From the NCBI GenBank assembly GCA_965242535.1, contig OZ251458.1:4627280-4691279 (forward strand): 64,000 nucleotides of DNA, given 5' to 3'. Every line of letters begins with the position of its first letter. Within the stretch, counting starts at the first letter, position 1. The notes under the pieces are model-generated. The model was not told the origin of the DNA and made no database searches. It saw nothing but the letters and a program-made list of their open reading frames with translations. Origin of the DNA: Candidatus Latescibacterota bacterium. Its GTDB lineage: Bacteria > Latescibacterota > UBA2968. Shown here one piece after another: positions 9,377 to 18,567 of this stretch. The translations under genes were made by a program, and so were the position numbers.

Positions 9377-10328
9377 TGTAGGGCCAGGCCCCCGCGCCTG
9401 TCCGAATGCCGGACAACCACAGGGGGTTGTCCCTACAATGCCATTTGGGGCGCGTAATGAAATGAATCATAGAACGACCCGTAGGGCCAGGCCCCCGTGC
9501 CTGGTCGAATACAGGACAACCACAGGGGGTTGTCCCTACAATGCTATTTGGGGGCGCGTAATGAACGATAGAACGACCCGTAGGGCCAGGCCCCCGTGCC
9601 TGGTCGAATACAGGACAACCACAGGGGGTTGTCCCTACAATGCCATTTGGGGCGCGTAAAGAAATAAACGATAGAACGACCCGTAGGGCCATGCCCCCGT
9701 GCCTGGTCGAATACAGGACAACCACAGGGGGTTGTCCCTACAATGCCATTTGGGGCGCGTAATGAAATGAATCATAGAACGACCCGTAGGGCCAGGCCCC
9801 CGTGCCTGGTCGAATACAGGACAACCACAGGGGGTTGTCCCTACAATGCCATTTGGGGCGCATAATGAAATGAATCATAGAACGACCCGTAGGGCCAGGC
9901 CCCCGCGCCTGGTCGAATACAGGACAACCACAGGGGGTTGTCCCTACAATGCCATTTGGGGCGCATAATGAAATGAACGATAGAACGACCCGTAGGGCCA
10001 GGCCCCCGCGCCTGGTCGAATACAGGACAACCACAGGGGGTTGTCCCTACAATGCCATTTGGGGCGCATAATGAACGATAGAACGACCCGTAGGGCCAGG
10101 CCCCCGCGCCTGGTCGAATACAGGACAACCACAGGGGGTTGTCCCTACAATGCCATTTCGGGCGCATAATGAAATGAACGATAGAACGACCCGTAGGGAC
10201 AGGCCCCCGTGCCTGGCCGAATACAGGACAACCACAGGGGGTTGTCCCTACAAATGCCATTTGGGGCGCATAATGAAATGAATGATAGAACGCCCCGTAG
10301 GGCCAGGCCCCCGTGCCTGGTCGAATGA
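9377..10328. repeat. Tandem array B: ~9.5 units (98-104 bp) of the same bipartite REP-pair unit
   Basis: Nine copies of GGACAACCACAGGGGGTTGTCC at about 9411, 9514, 9613, 9715, 9819, 9922, 10025, 10123 and 10226. Ten copies of GTAGGGCCAGGCccccg(t/c)GCCTGGTC. Period varies through presence or absence of a 5-bp ATGAA in the linker. Confidence 0.9.
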
Positions 10329-10349
10329 TCGCGGCCCCGGTGCCTGGCG

Positions 10350-10385
10350 AAAAAAAAAGCCCGAGTTCATTGCGAACTCGGGCTC
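10350..10385 (-). terminator. Rho-independent terminator of the giant surface-protein gene (possibly bidirectional)
   Basis: On the minus strand, GAGCCCGAGTTC-gcaat-GAACTCGGGC is followed by T9. On the plus strand the stem is followed by a weaker GTGTTTTG. Confidence 0.7.
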
Positions 10386-10418
10386 GTGTTTTGTGGGGCG
10401 TATTGATGATTTATCGGA

Positions 10419-13400
10419 TCAGCCCGTCGATCCAAAGTCTGCGGCGAAGATGAGGAAATCGGCAAAGTCGATTTGTCCATCGCCATTGAGATCGCACCGA
10501 GGGTCATACCGATCTTGACCGCGGCGCGATCCGTACTTGTCGGCAAGGATCAGGAAGTCGACGAAGTTCACATTGCCATCGCCATCGATGTCGGGCGAGG
10601 GGAGCGATACCTCGAGCGAGAAGGTCAGCGAGGCAATATCGCCATCGGCGTCTATCGCGCTCAAGGTGTAGGTCGCCCCGGTGCTCGCCTCGGTCGGCGT
10701 GCCGGAGAGCACTCGCGTCTCGTGGTCAAATGCCAGACCATCCGGGAGGAAGGGCAGGAGGATATAAGCCAGCGTGCCATCGCCGCCGGTCGCTTGCGGG
10801 AGCGCGAGGGACTCGATCCGCTGATTGACGAAATAGCTCTGTGCAACGATCGTCGTATCGCCGCCAAAAGTGGGCAGCAGATCCGGGATTTCAAGGGTGA
10901 ACATGAGATGTGCCTCATCGCCATTGCCATCGGTTACGGTCAATGTGTAGGTCGTCTCATCCATCGCCTTGACAGGTGTACCGGAAACGATGCGCGTTTC
11001 GGCGTCAAAGGTCAGGCTATCGGGCAGATCGGGCGTCAAGGTGTAGGTCAGCGGTTCATCGCCACCGGACGCTTGCGGGAGCGTCACGGGATCGAACGCT
11101 TGATGTTGATAGCCCCGGGCCGCGATAGCCGTTGTCGTATCGCCAAAGGTCGGCATTGGATCGGCCATGACAGAGAGGGTGAACGTCAGGGTCGCCTCTT
11201 CGCCATCATCGTCCGTTGCGGTCAGGGTGTAGGTCGTTTCGCCCATCGCCTCGAGCGGAGTGCCGGATAGCATGCGCGTCTCCGCGTCAAAGGTCAAGCC
11301 CGTGGGCAGATCGGGCGTTAGCGCGTAGGTCAGCGTCCCATCGCCACCGGACGCTTGGGGGAGCGTTAAGGACTCGATCTCTCGCTTCCGCATGTAGGAT
11401 TGGGCATCCACGCTCGCATCGCCAAAGGAGGGCGCCACGTTCGCAACGACCGTGATGAAGAAACTCATCTCTCCTGTATCGCCGTCTTCATCCGTGGCGG
11501 TCAGGGTGTAGATCGCTTTTTCCGTTACTGCGGTCGGCGTGCCGGAAATGATGCGCGTCTCGGCGTCAAATGTCAAGCCCTCGGGCAGCTCCGTCAGGCT
11601 ATACGTTACGGTGCCCTCGCCATCTATCGCCGCGGGCAAGGTGAACTCAACGGCTTTGTTTTCCCGATACGTTTGCGGATCGGTCGCCTCGACGAAGACC
11701 GGCTCCGTATCCGGTTCAGGTTCAGGTTCAGGGAGCGGCGTACCATCCCCACCGGGTGTACCGGTCGCCGCATCCGAAGCGGGGCCATCATCATCGGCAT
11801 CGGGGTTCGTGGCGATTACCCGAACCGTATATTCCGTACCCCCGATCAGATTCTCAATGGTGTAGGTCGTACCTTCGGCGATGACGGCTTGACGGGCATC
11901 CTCATCGTAGTCCTCATCCCCGGATTTCCACTGTACTTTATAGCCCGTCGCGTCGGTCACCGCAGTCCAAGACACGGCCAAAGTGCCCTCGCCGGGCGTC
12001 ACCTGAACGCCAGACACTTGAGCGAGAACGGGAATGACGCGCTGAGTGCCGAACTCCTGCCAAGTGGCAGTGCCGTTGTTGTCGAAGTCCACTTTCAGCA
12101 CCGGATACTGGCGGGGACTCCCGAAATCCCACGGAGCATCGCCGCCGCCCTGCCCATCGGTGTCCACATTCCAGTTCAGGTAGATGCCGGTGTAGCCAGT
12201 AGGCTCTTGCAACTCGGCGGTGGTTTTGGGAGTAGCGCCGATGTTGTTGCTCTGGCCGGTGGTCTCGCTGTCGTAATAGTTGTTGTTGAAGGTACCGCCG
12301 CCGTCGTTGGCAATCAACCCGCCGCTGTTGGCGCCGGAGACCTGGGCGGTGGCGTAGCTGGCGGTTATCGTGCCACCGGCCCAGGAGACCAAGCCGCCCC
12401 CGCCGCCGGTGATGTCCGTAACCGTGCCGGTGGCGTAGCAGGCGATTATCGTGCCGGAGGGAAAGTTGCCCACCAGCCCGCCGATGTAAAAGCTAGTACC
12501 GGTGCCGGTGACCGACGCGGTGGAGTAACTGGTGATGATCGAGCCGTTGCTGGGGATGATGCCAAGGCCCACCGCACCGACCAGCCCGCCGACGCGGTCG
12601 ACGCCGGTCACGCTCCCGGTGGAGAAGACGCTGGTTACCGTGCCGCCCAAAATACTGCCGGCCAGCGTTCCGGTACTGCTTTGTCCGGTGATATCGGCGT
12701 CCGGCAACCCCAAGTTGGTGACGCTACCGCTGGGGCCGATGATGCTGAACAGCCCGATGTTGGGGGTGCTCGCGCGGCTGATGAACAGATTGGAAATGGT
12801 GTGACCGTTGCCGTTAAAGTTGGTGGCCAAGGTGTCAGCGGGTAGCCAGCCGTTGCCGCCGTTCCAGTAGGTATCGCCCGAGTTAGCGGTCCCGCTACCG
12901 TCCGTGTCTAAGTCGATGTCGACCATCAGTTCGTAACCGTTGCAACCGGGGGCCGCGCAGCCCATACCGCTGGCCGCATTGTCAAAGGCGGTGGCGTAGT
13001 TGGCATTGGCAGAGGAGCCGTCACCGTCCAGGTCCCAACGGATGGCGTTCAACTGCGCCGGGGTGCGGATTTCGATGAGGCGGTTGTCGTTGGCATCGTA
13101 GTCGGTGGGTGGCACCGGCGCGCTGCGGCCCTGGACGCCAAATTCGTAGGCGCTGGCCGTGCCGTCTTCGTTGAAGTCGATTTTCAGCGCAGGGTACTGG
13201 GTACCGGTGCCGAAATCCCACGGGTCGTCGTTGCCCGATACGCCATCCACATTCACATTCCAAGTGGAATAGATGCCGGTACCGTAGTTGATGGGCCCTT
13301 GCAGGTCGGCGGTGAGATAGCCGACGCCCTTGCCGGTGTCGTTCCGTCCGCTGGTGGTTTGGTCGTAATAGCTGTCGGTGACATTGGTGGTAGTGCTGAA

Positions 13401-16367
13401 GCGGTTGCCCACCAGCCCGCCGACGTGTTCAGTGCCGGAGGTGGGGGTGACGCTGCCGTAGGCATAGCTTTGGTTGATGTCGCCCTGGCGGAGAAAGCCC
13501 ACCAGTCCGCCGAGACGCCCGCCGGTGTTGGTGGTGCTGATAGCGGTGACCGCGCCGGAGGCGTAGGAGGCAGTGATGGTGCCGGTTTGCGTGTTGCCGA
13601 CGTCGCCAACCATCCCCACCAGCCCACCGGTTCCCTGGCCGGTGCCGTCGGTGGTGGGGCCGGTTACCGTGGCCGTCGAATAGGAGGCACTGATGCTGCC
13701 GCCGTCATTCAGATGCCCCACCAGGCCGCCCGTCTTCTGATAGGTGCCGCTGGTGTGGCTGGTCACTGACCCGGTGGTGTAGCTGAAGCGGATGACGCCT
13801 TGGTTGAGGCCGACCAGGATGCCCAGTTCCTGGCTACCGCTGGCACTGCCGGAGACGCTGGCGCCGGTCACTCCCACCCGCAGGATGCTACCGGTGCTGC
13901 TCAGCGCGGCAAACAGCCCGGCATCGTCGCTGGTGTTGCCGGTGATGGTGAGGTTGGAAATGGCGTTGCCGTTGCCGTCGAAGGTGGCCGTGTAAGAAGG
14001 GAGGGGCACCCAGTTGCTGTAGTCCGACAGGCTGAGGTCGGCGGTGAGTTCGTAGCCGGTACAACCGCTCGTCGGGCAACCCATCCGTCCGGTGGTGGCG
14101 TCGGCGGTGTGGGTGCGTCCGCCAAAGGCCGTGCTGTACGCGGTGGCACCGGCGGACGTCGGGGCGCCGTCGCCGTTGGGATCCCAGCGGATGGCGTTGA
14201 GTTGCGCCGCCGTGCTGATGTCGATCAGGCCGTTGTCGGTGGCGTCGTAGTCCTTAGCCGCAGGGGTTGCCGCCGTGCGCTGGGTCGGGGTGTTGAGCGT
14301 CGGATAGTCGCTGGAAGTGCCGAAATTCCAGCGGTAGTCGGGGACATTGTCGCTATCCAGGTCCACATTCCAATGGGTGTAGATGCCGGTGTAGCCGGTG
14401 GGGGTTTGCATTTGGGTGGCGGTGTAGCGGGTGGAGGATATGCCGCTGACGGTGGTGCCGATGCAGTTGGTCTGCCCGGTGGCGGCGGAGCAGTAGGCGT
14501 TGGTGATGCTGGTGCCGCTGCCGACGAGCCGACCGACCAGCCCGCCGCCCCCGCCGCTGGTGGCGCCCGACACCGCGCCTGCGGCGTAGCTGGCGGTGAT
14601 GCTGCCTCCGTTCCCCTGCCCCACCAGCCCGCCCACATCCACGCCTGTGGGGCTGCCGCTTACCCCCGCCGTGGCGGTGGAGTAGCTGGCCGAGATGGTG
14701 CCCGATGTCATGAAGCCCACCAGCCCGCCCACATTGGAGTTGTTGGACGCCCCGCTGATGCTACCGCCGGACACATAGACCGACTGGATGGTGCCCCCGG
14801 ATGGCATATAGCCCACTAACACGCCGTTGCTCTTGGCGTTGGGGGTGTGGGTTTGGGCGATGGTGGCGTTGGTCAGGCCGAGATTGCGGACCACGGCACT
14901 GCTACCGAACTGACTGAACATCCCGCCGTCGATGTTGGCACTGGTGTTGACGTTCAGGCTGTCTATGGTGTAGCCCTGGCCGTCAAAGGTGGCGTTCCAT
15001 ACGCCGGTGGGCGTCCAGTTTCCGGTCCCGGTGAGCGCCAGGTTGGTGGTGAGTTCGTAGCCGGTGCAGGTGCCCGACGGGCAACCCATGCGCCCGGCGG
15101 TGGTGGTGTCGCGGCCGTCGAAGGCCAGGCCATAAGCGGCGAAGTTGCCCGCCACCGGGTTGCCGTCGCCGTCCAGATCCCAGCGGATGGCGTTGAGTTG
15201 CAACGCGGTGCTGATGTCGATCAGGCCGTTGTCGTTGGCGTCGAAGTCGACGCTACCGTGGGATTTCGGCTGCATTGCCGCGCGCTGGGTGGGGCTGTTG
15301 AGCGTCGGGTATTGGCTGGAGGTGCCGAAATTCCACGGGGAGTCAATGATGTCGTTGCCATCCACATCGATGTTCCATGTGGCGTAGATGCCGAGGTAGT
15401 TGGTGCGGTTTTGCAGTTGGGTGGTGGTATAGCCGGTCACCGTCGTATTGGCGACCAGGATTGAAGCATCTTGTCGGGCTCCGACGCAGTTGGACACCAC
15501 CGAAATTGAGGTGTCGCAGTAGCTGTCGGTAATTCGGGTATCACTATGTTCGATCCACCCCACGAACCCGCCGGCGTTGAAGCTCTGGCCGGCATGCCTA
15601 TTGGCCCCGGCGGCGTAACTGGCAATTATAGTGTTTTTCCTGATCATCCCTGCCAGTATGCCCGATCGGCCGCCATTGCAAAGACCACCGCACGTAGAAG
15701 CCATATAGATGGAATCCAGGATGGCGTAGCTGGCCCGGAGGGTTCCTCGCAGTTCGCCGAACAGCCCGCCCACATTGAAGGTTCCGCCGCTAGCTATTTC
15801 GAGGGTGCCCCCCTTAACGTAGCAGGAGTATATCGTGGTATTGAGATGGGTGTAGCCCGCCAATGCCCCTACTGTACCACCCGCACTTCTCAAGGTGACG
15901 TTTAGCAGTCCCACATCTCTGAGGACAGCGTTGCCGCCCACATAGCCGAACAGCCCGCCGTAGCCGGTGCTTCTGTTGACATTCAGACTGTCAATGGTGT
16001 GACCGTCGCCGTTAAAGGTGGCGGTGAAAGCCGTACTACTACTGCCGCCGATGGGCGACCACGCGCCGGTGAGCGTCAGGTTTTGCGTCAGTTCGTAGCC
16101 TGTGCAGGTGCCCGACGGGCAACCCATCCGGGTCGCGGTGGCGGTGTCGCGGTTGGTAAAGGCGGCGATATAGTCGGGGTGGGTGGCGTCGCCGTTGCCG
16201 TTGAGGTCGTGGCGGATGGCGCCGAGCTTGGCTACGCTGTCGATTTCGATGAGGCCGTCATCGTCGGTGTCGTAGTCGGTCAGGGATTGCGCTGTCACAG
16301 GCGGGGCCACGGCCAGCAACAACAAGGTCAACAGCAGGGACAAAGAGTGGGCGTAACGAAGTGTCAT
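10419..16367 (-). CDS. Giant secreted modular surface protein (GLUG-like repeats, FN3, He_PIG-type Ig repeats, C-terminal dockerin-like pair)
   Basis: Signal peptide MTLRYAHSLSLLLTLLLLAVAPPVTAQS. Four ~330-aa modules each open with DYDxxDxGLI(E/D)I..QLNAIRWDLxGDG and carry repeated GGLVG glycine-rich segments. One FN3-like block (GYKVQWKSG..EYTVRVIATN). Four LPQASGGDGTLTYxLTPDLPxGLTFDAETRxLSGTP repeats. C-terminal DIDGDGNVNFVDF and DLNGDGQIDFADF. AGGAG lies 7 nt upstream of the ATG. Confidence 0.85.
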   Translation of the reverse strand: MTLRYAHSLSLLLTLLLLAVAPPVTAQSLTDYDTDDDGLIEIDSVAKLGAIRHDLNGNGDATHPDYIAAFTNRDTATATRMGCPSGTCTGYELTQNLTLTGAWSPIGGSSSTAFTATFNGDGHTIDSLNVNRSTGYGGLFGYVGGNAVLRDVGLLNVTLRSAGGTVGALAGYTHLNTTIYSCYVKGGTLEIASGGTFNVGGLFGELRGTLRASYAILDSIYMASTCGGLCNGGRSGILAGMIRKNTIIASYAAGANRHAGQSFNAGGFVGWIEHSDTRITDSYCDTSISVVSNCVGARQDASILVANTTVTGYTTTQLQNRTNYLGIYATWNIDVDGNDIIDSPWNFGTSSQYPTLNSPTQRAAMQPKSHGSVDFDANDNGLIDISTALQLNAIRWDLDGDGNPVAGNFAAYGLAFDGRDTTTAGRMGCPSGTCTGYELTTNLALTGTGNWTPTGVWNATFDGQGYTIDSLNVNTSANIDGGMFSQFGSSAVVRNLGLTNATIAQTHTPNAKSNGVLVGYMPSGGTIQSVYVSGGSISGASNNSNVGGLVGFMTSGTISASYSTATAGVSGSPTGVDVGGLVGQGNGGSITASYAAGAVSGATSGGGGGLVGRLVGSGTSITNAYCSAATGQTNCIGTTVSGISSTRYTATQMQTPTGYTGIYTHWNVDLDSDNVPDYRWNFGTSSDYPTLNTPTQRTAATPAAKDYDATDNGLIDISTAAQLNAIRWDPNGDGAPTSAGATAYSTAFGGRTHTADATTGRMGCPTSGCTGYELTADLSLSDYSNWVPLPSYTATFDGNGNAISNLTITGNTSDDAGLFAALSSTGSILRVGVTGASVSGSASGSQELGILVGLNQGVIRFSYTTGSVTSHTSGTYQKTGGLVGHLNDGGSISASYSTATVTGPTTDGTGQGTGGLVGMVGDVGNTQTGTITASYASGAVTAISTTNTGGRLGGLVGFLRQGDINQSYAYGSVTPTSGTEHVGGLVGNRFSTTTNVTDSYYDQTTSGRNDTGKGVGYLTADLQGPINYGTGIYSTWNVNVDGVSGNDDPWDFGTGTQYPALKIDFNEDGTASAYEFGVQGRSAPVPPTDYDANDNRLIEIRTPAQLNAIRWDLDGDGSSANANYATAFDNAASGMGCAAPGCNGYELMVDIDLDTDGSGTANSGDTYWNGGNGWLPADTLATNFNGNGHTISNLFISRASTPNIGLFSIIGPSGSVTNLGLPDADITGQSSTGTLAGSILGGTVTSVFSTGSVTGVDRVGGLVGAVGLGIIPSNGSIITSYSTASVTGTGTSFYIGGLVGNFPSGTIIACYATGTVTDITGGGGGLVSWAGGTITASYATAQVSGANSGGLIANDGGGTFNNNYYDSETTGQSNNIGATPKTTAELQEPTGYTGIYLNWNVDTDGQGGGDAPWDFGSPRQYPVLKVDFDNNGTATWQEFGTQRVIPVLAQVSGVQVTPGEGTLAVSWTAVTDATGYKVQWKSGDEDYDEDARQAVIAEGTTYTIENLIGGTEYTVRVIATNPDADDDGPASDAATGTPGGDGTPLPEPEPEPDTEPVFVEATDPQTYRENKAVEFTLPAAIDGEGTVTYSLTELPEGLTFDAETRIISGTPTAVTEKAIYTLTATDEDGDTGEMSFFITVVANVAPSFGDASVDAQSYMRKREIESLTLPQASGGDGTLTYALTPDLPTGLTFDAETRMLSGTPLEAMGETTYTLTATDDDGEEATLTFTLSVMADPMPTFGDTTTAIAARGYQHQAFDPVTLPQASGGDEPLTYTLTPDLPDSLTFDAETRIVSGTPVKAMDETTYTLTVTDGNGDEAHLMFTLEIPDLLPTFGGDTTIVAQSYFVNQRIESLALPQATGGDGTLAYILLPFLPDGLAFDHETRVLSGTPTEASTGATYTLSAIDADGDIASLTFSLEVSLPSPDIDGDGNVNFVDFLILADKYGSRRGQDRYDPRCDLNGDGQIDFADFLIFAADFGSTG

Positions 16368-16383
16368 TTTTTGCTCCTCTCGA

Positions 16384-16405
16384 GGGGGGGGGGGGGGGGG
16401 GGGGG
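16384..16405. repeat. Homopolymer tract G22 (C22 on the coding strand of the giant gene)
   Basis: Counted directly: 22 consecutive G. On the minus strand it abuts CTCGAGAGGAGCAAAAAATG, the SD and start of the 1982-aa ORF. Confidence 0.95.
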
Positions 16406-16620
16406 TACAGTACCGATCGTTCTAAAAGCCTGTTTCACAATGGAATAGGGCCATCCCACAAGACGGGGATGGGAAACCCGAACGCCTGTTTTCACAGGGG
16501 GACTAAGACCTCCAAACGGGTTGAAACAACGGCGAAAAATGGCAACGAGCATGGGATGCCTCCAAAAAATATAACGAGTTGTGCAGGCTATGGCTTTTGC
16601 CTATACGCGCCAAATAACGA

Positions 16621-16649
16621 ATTTAAGATGTAGTGCTATTGTTTGTCAA
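16621..16649 (-). promoter_or_regulatory. Candidate sigma70-like promoter for the giant surface-protein gene
   Basis: Minus strand: TTGACA (16649-16644), 17-nt spacer, TTAAAT (16626-16621). It would give a ~245-nt leader containing the C22 tract. Confidence 0.35.
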
Positions 16650-16995
16650 GAATAAAATAGGGGAGACGGGAGACGAGAGACGGGAGACGGGAGAGGAAAG
16701 GCGAGAGTGGGGCAAGGGACAACGCATAGAACAGACAGAGGCGTAGCCCACAGGGACGACGAAGAAAAAGCGAAAGGCGGATTAAAGGGGAGAGGAGGGA
16801 GTGGGTAGGTTGTCTGAATCGCGGATTACACAGATTAGGGGATTAAAGGCGGATTAAAGGCGAGAGTGGGGCGAAGGGCAGAGAGAGCGGATGGGCGGCG
16901 CAGGTCGTGCAGAAGACACAGCGGCGGTGGGGTTGGAGGGGGTAATCCGCGCAATCCCAAAATCCGCGTAATCCGCGATCCAGACGAGAGACGCG

Positions 16996-17433
16996 CTACG
17001 CCTCGGCATCCAACAAACGCTGAAATTCCTCGATATCATCCACTTGCACCGCTGTGCGAAGCAACAATTTGAGTCGTGGCAAATCGGCGATGGATCGAAT
17101 GCGATCTGCAAACTGACCGGCCGCATCGGCATCAAAGCGAATCTCCAACACATCGAGAATATCTGCAATGGCGCGTTCGCGCTCCCCCTGCTCAATGCCC
17201 TGCTCAATGCCCTGCTCAATGCCCTGCTCAATGCCCTGCTCAATGCCCTGCTCAATGCCTTGCTCAATGCCCTGCTGGCGCCCTTGCTCAATGCCCTGTT
17301 CCTTGAGGTATTGGGCAAACGATGACTCACGCATAATTGCGTCCATAAAACCCTCCTGAGACATAATACGTTTAAAGGGTGGAGCGGCAGCAGGGATGTG
17401 GGGGATAATCCGCGCAATCCGTGATTCAGACAA
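16996..17433 (-). pseudogene. Duplicated 3' fragment (DUF4351-like C-terminal domain) of the neighbouring Rpn-family gene
   Basis: About 400 bp (16957-17366) is near-identical to 17403-17800. It encodes SQEGFMDAIMRESSFAQYLKEQGIEQG...LEIRFDADAAGQFADRIRSIADLPRLKLLL with a different number of GIEQ repeats. It lacks the nuclease N-domain. Confidence 0.55.
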
Positions 17434-17441
17434 GAGACGCG

Positions 17442-18419
17442 CTACGCCTCGGCATCCAACAAACGCTGAAATTCCTCGATATCATCCACCTGCACTGCCG
17501 AGCGAAGCAACAATTTGAGCCGTGGCAAATCGGCGATGGATCGAATGCGATCCGCAAACTGGCCGGCCGCATCGGCATCAAAGCGAATCTCCAACACATC
17601 GAGAACATTTGCAATGGTGCTTTCGCGCTCCCCTTGCTCAATGCCCTGCTGGCGCCCGTGCTCAATGCCCTGCTCAATGCCCTGCTCAATGCCCTGCTCA
17701 ATGCCCTGCTGGCGCCCTTGCTCAATGCCCTGTTCCTTGAGGTATTGGGCAAACGATGACTCACGCATAATTGCGTCCATAAAACCCTCCTGAGACATAA
17801 TGGATCTAACGGTATCCAACGGGTGTGATAGCCCACTTAAAATAGCCATACCCGCCTGAATGTCAACCTTGGTTGAGGCGTCCAACGGCAAGGCATCCGT
17901 CGCGCGAATGCAGTGACGCAACCACGCCTCTTCAGACAGATCCGAGGGCGGTTTCATCAGCGGTACAAATGGAAGCACGCCCGGATGACCGCCCTCGAGA
18001 ATCGCTTGACCCTCTCGCTCACTCAGGCGAATCACCTTGTATTCCACGATGACGCGGTGGCCGGGCAACGCTTGGATGTAACGCCCCATGTCGCGCCTGC
18101 CCGCCGTGGGACGCAGGTAGATCACAAAGGAAAGGACCGGCAGACCATAGCGTTCGATGAGGTAGCCGATATAGCGCGCCATGCGCCGATCCATCGGGAC
18201 CGCCGTGCTATCGGTGGTTTGAAACTCGCAATGGACCAACGCTTCCTCGCCATCGATACGCACGCGGAGCAGGCTATCGGTGCGGCGGGTTTCCACGGTG
18301 GGTTGCTCGGTCTCGATCACCTCGATCACCTCGACGCCCGTGCGTCCGAATGCGAAGAAGAGGACGTCCTCCGGGTAGGTTTGAACGATGATTTTGGAGA
18401 CCGCATCGTATTGGGCCAT
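17442..18419 (-). CDS. Rpn family recombination-promoting nuclease / putative transposase with DUF4351-like C-terminus
   Basis: N-domain pattern RRTDSLLRV..ALVHCEFQTT..RMARYIGYL..PVLSFVIYL, typical of YhgA/Rpn PD-(D/E)xK proteins. C-terminal (GIEQ)n plus an LEIRFD helix domain. The ATG at 18419 is preceded by AAGGTGG. Confidence 0.8.
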   Translation of the reverse strand: MAQYDAVSKIIVQTYPEDVLFFAFGRTGVEVIEVIETEQPTVETRRTDSLLRVRIDGEEALVHCEFQTTDSTAVPMDRRMARYIGYLIERYGLPVLSFVIYLRPTAGRRDMGRYIQALPGHRVIVEYKVIRLSEREGQAILEGGHPGVLPFVPLMKPPSDLSEEAWLRHCIRATDALPLDASTKVDIQAGMAILSGLSHPLDTVRSIMSQEGFMDAIMRESSFAQYLKEQGIEQGRQQGIEQGIEQGIEQGIEHGRQQGIEQGERESTIANVLDVLEIRFDADAAGQFADRIRSIADLPRLKLLLRSAVQVDDIEEFQRLLDAEA

Positions 18420-18537
18420 AAACGCCACCTTGAAAATACGGATGGGAACGAAAAATTGGGGTAGAGAAATGGCGCGATCACGCCATGCTGTCTAGATGGG
18501 ATGGGACGATGGGATCGGTAGGCAAGCGATAAAGATA

Positions 18538-18562
18538 AGGACAGGCACGGGGCCTGTCCCTA
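18538..18562 (-). repeat. Solo REP-like hairpin
   Basis: GGACAGGCacggggCCTGTCCCTAC (reverse orientation: GTAG plus hairpin), between the Rpn gene and the redoxin gene. Confidence 0.85.
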
Positions 18563-18567
18563 CAACT

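Noticed and set aside
9309-10260. ORFs of 62-139 aa inside the arrays (MVVLYSTRRGGLALRV..., MRPKWHCRDNPLWLS...), and the equivalents at 6956-7510.
   Set aside because: The unit lengths (98, 103, 104 bp) are not multiples of three, so the frame drifts from unit to unit. The ORFs are by-products of the repeat.
7130-10328. Regularly spaced repeats that could be mistaken for CRISPR arrays.
   Set aside because: The whole ~100-bp unit, including the putative spacer part, is repeated nearly identically. There are no unique spacers, the repeats are hairpin pairs with GTAG ends, and no cas genes are present.
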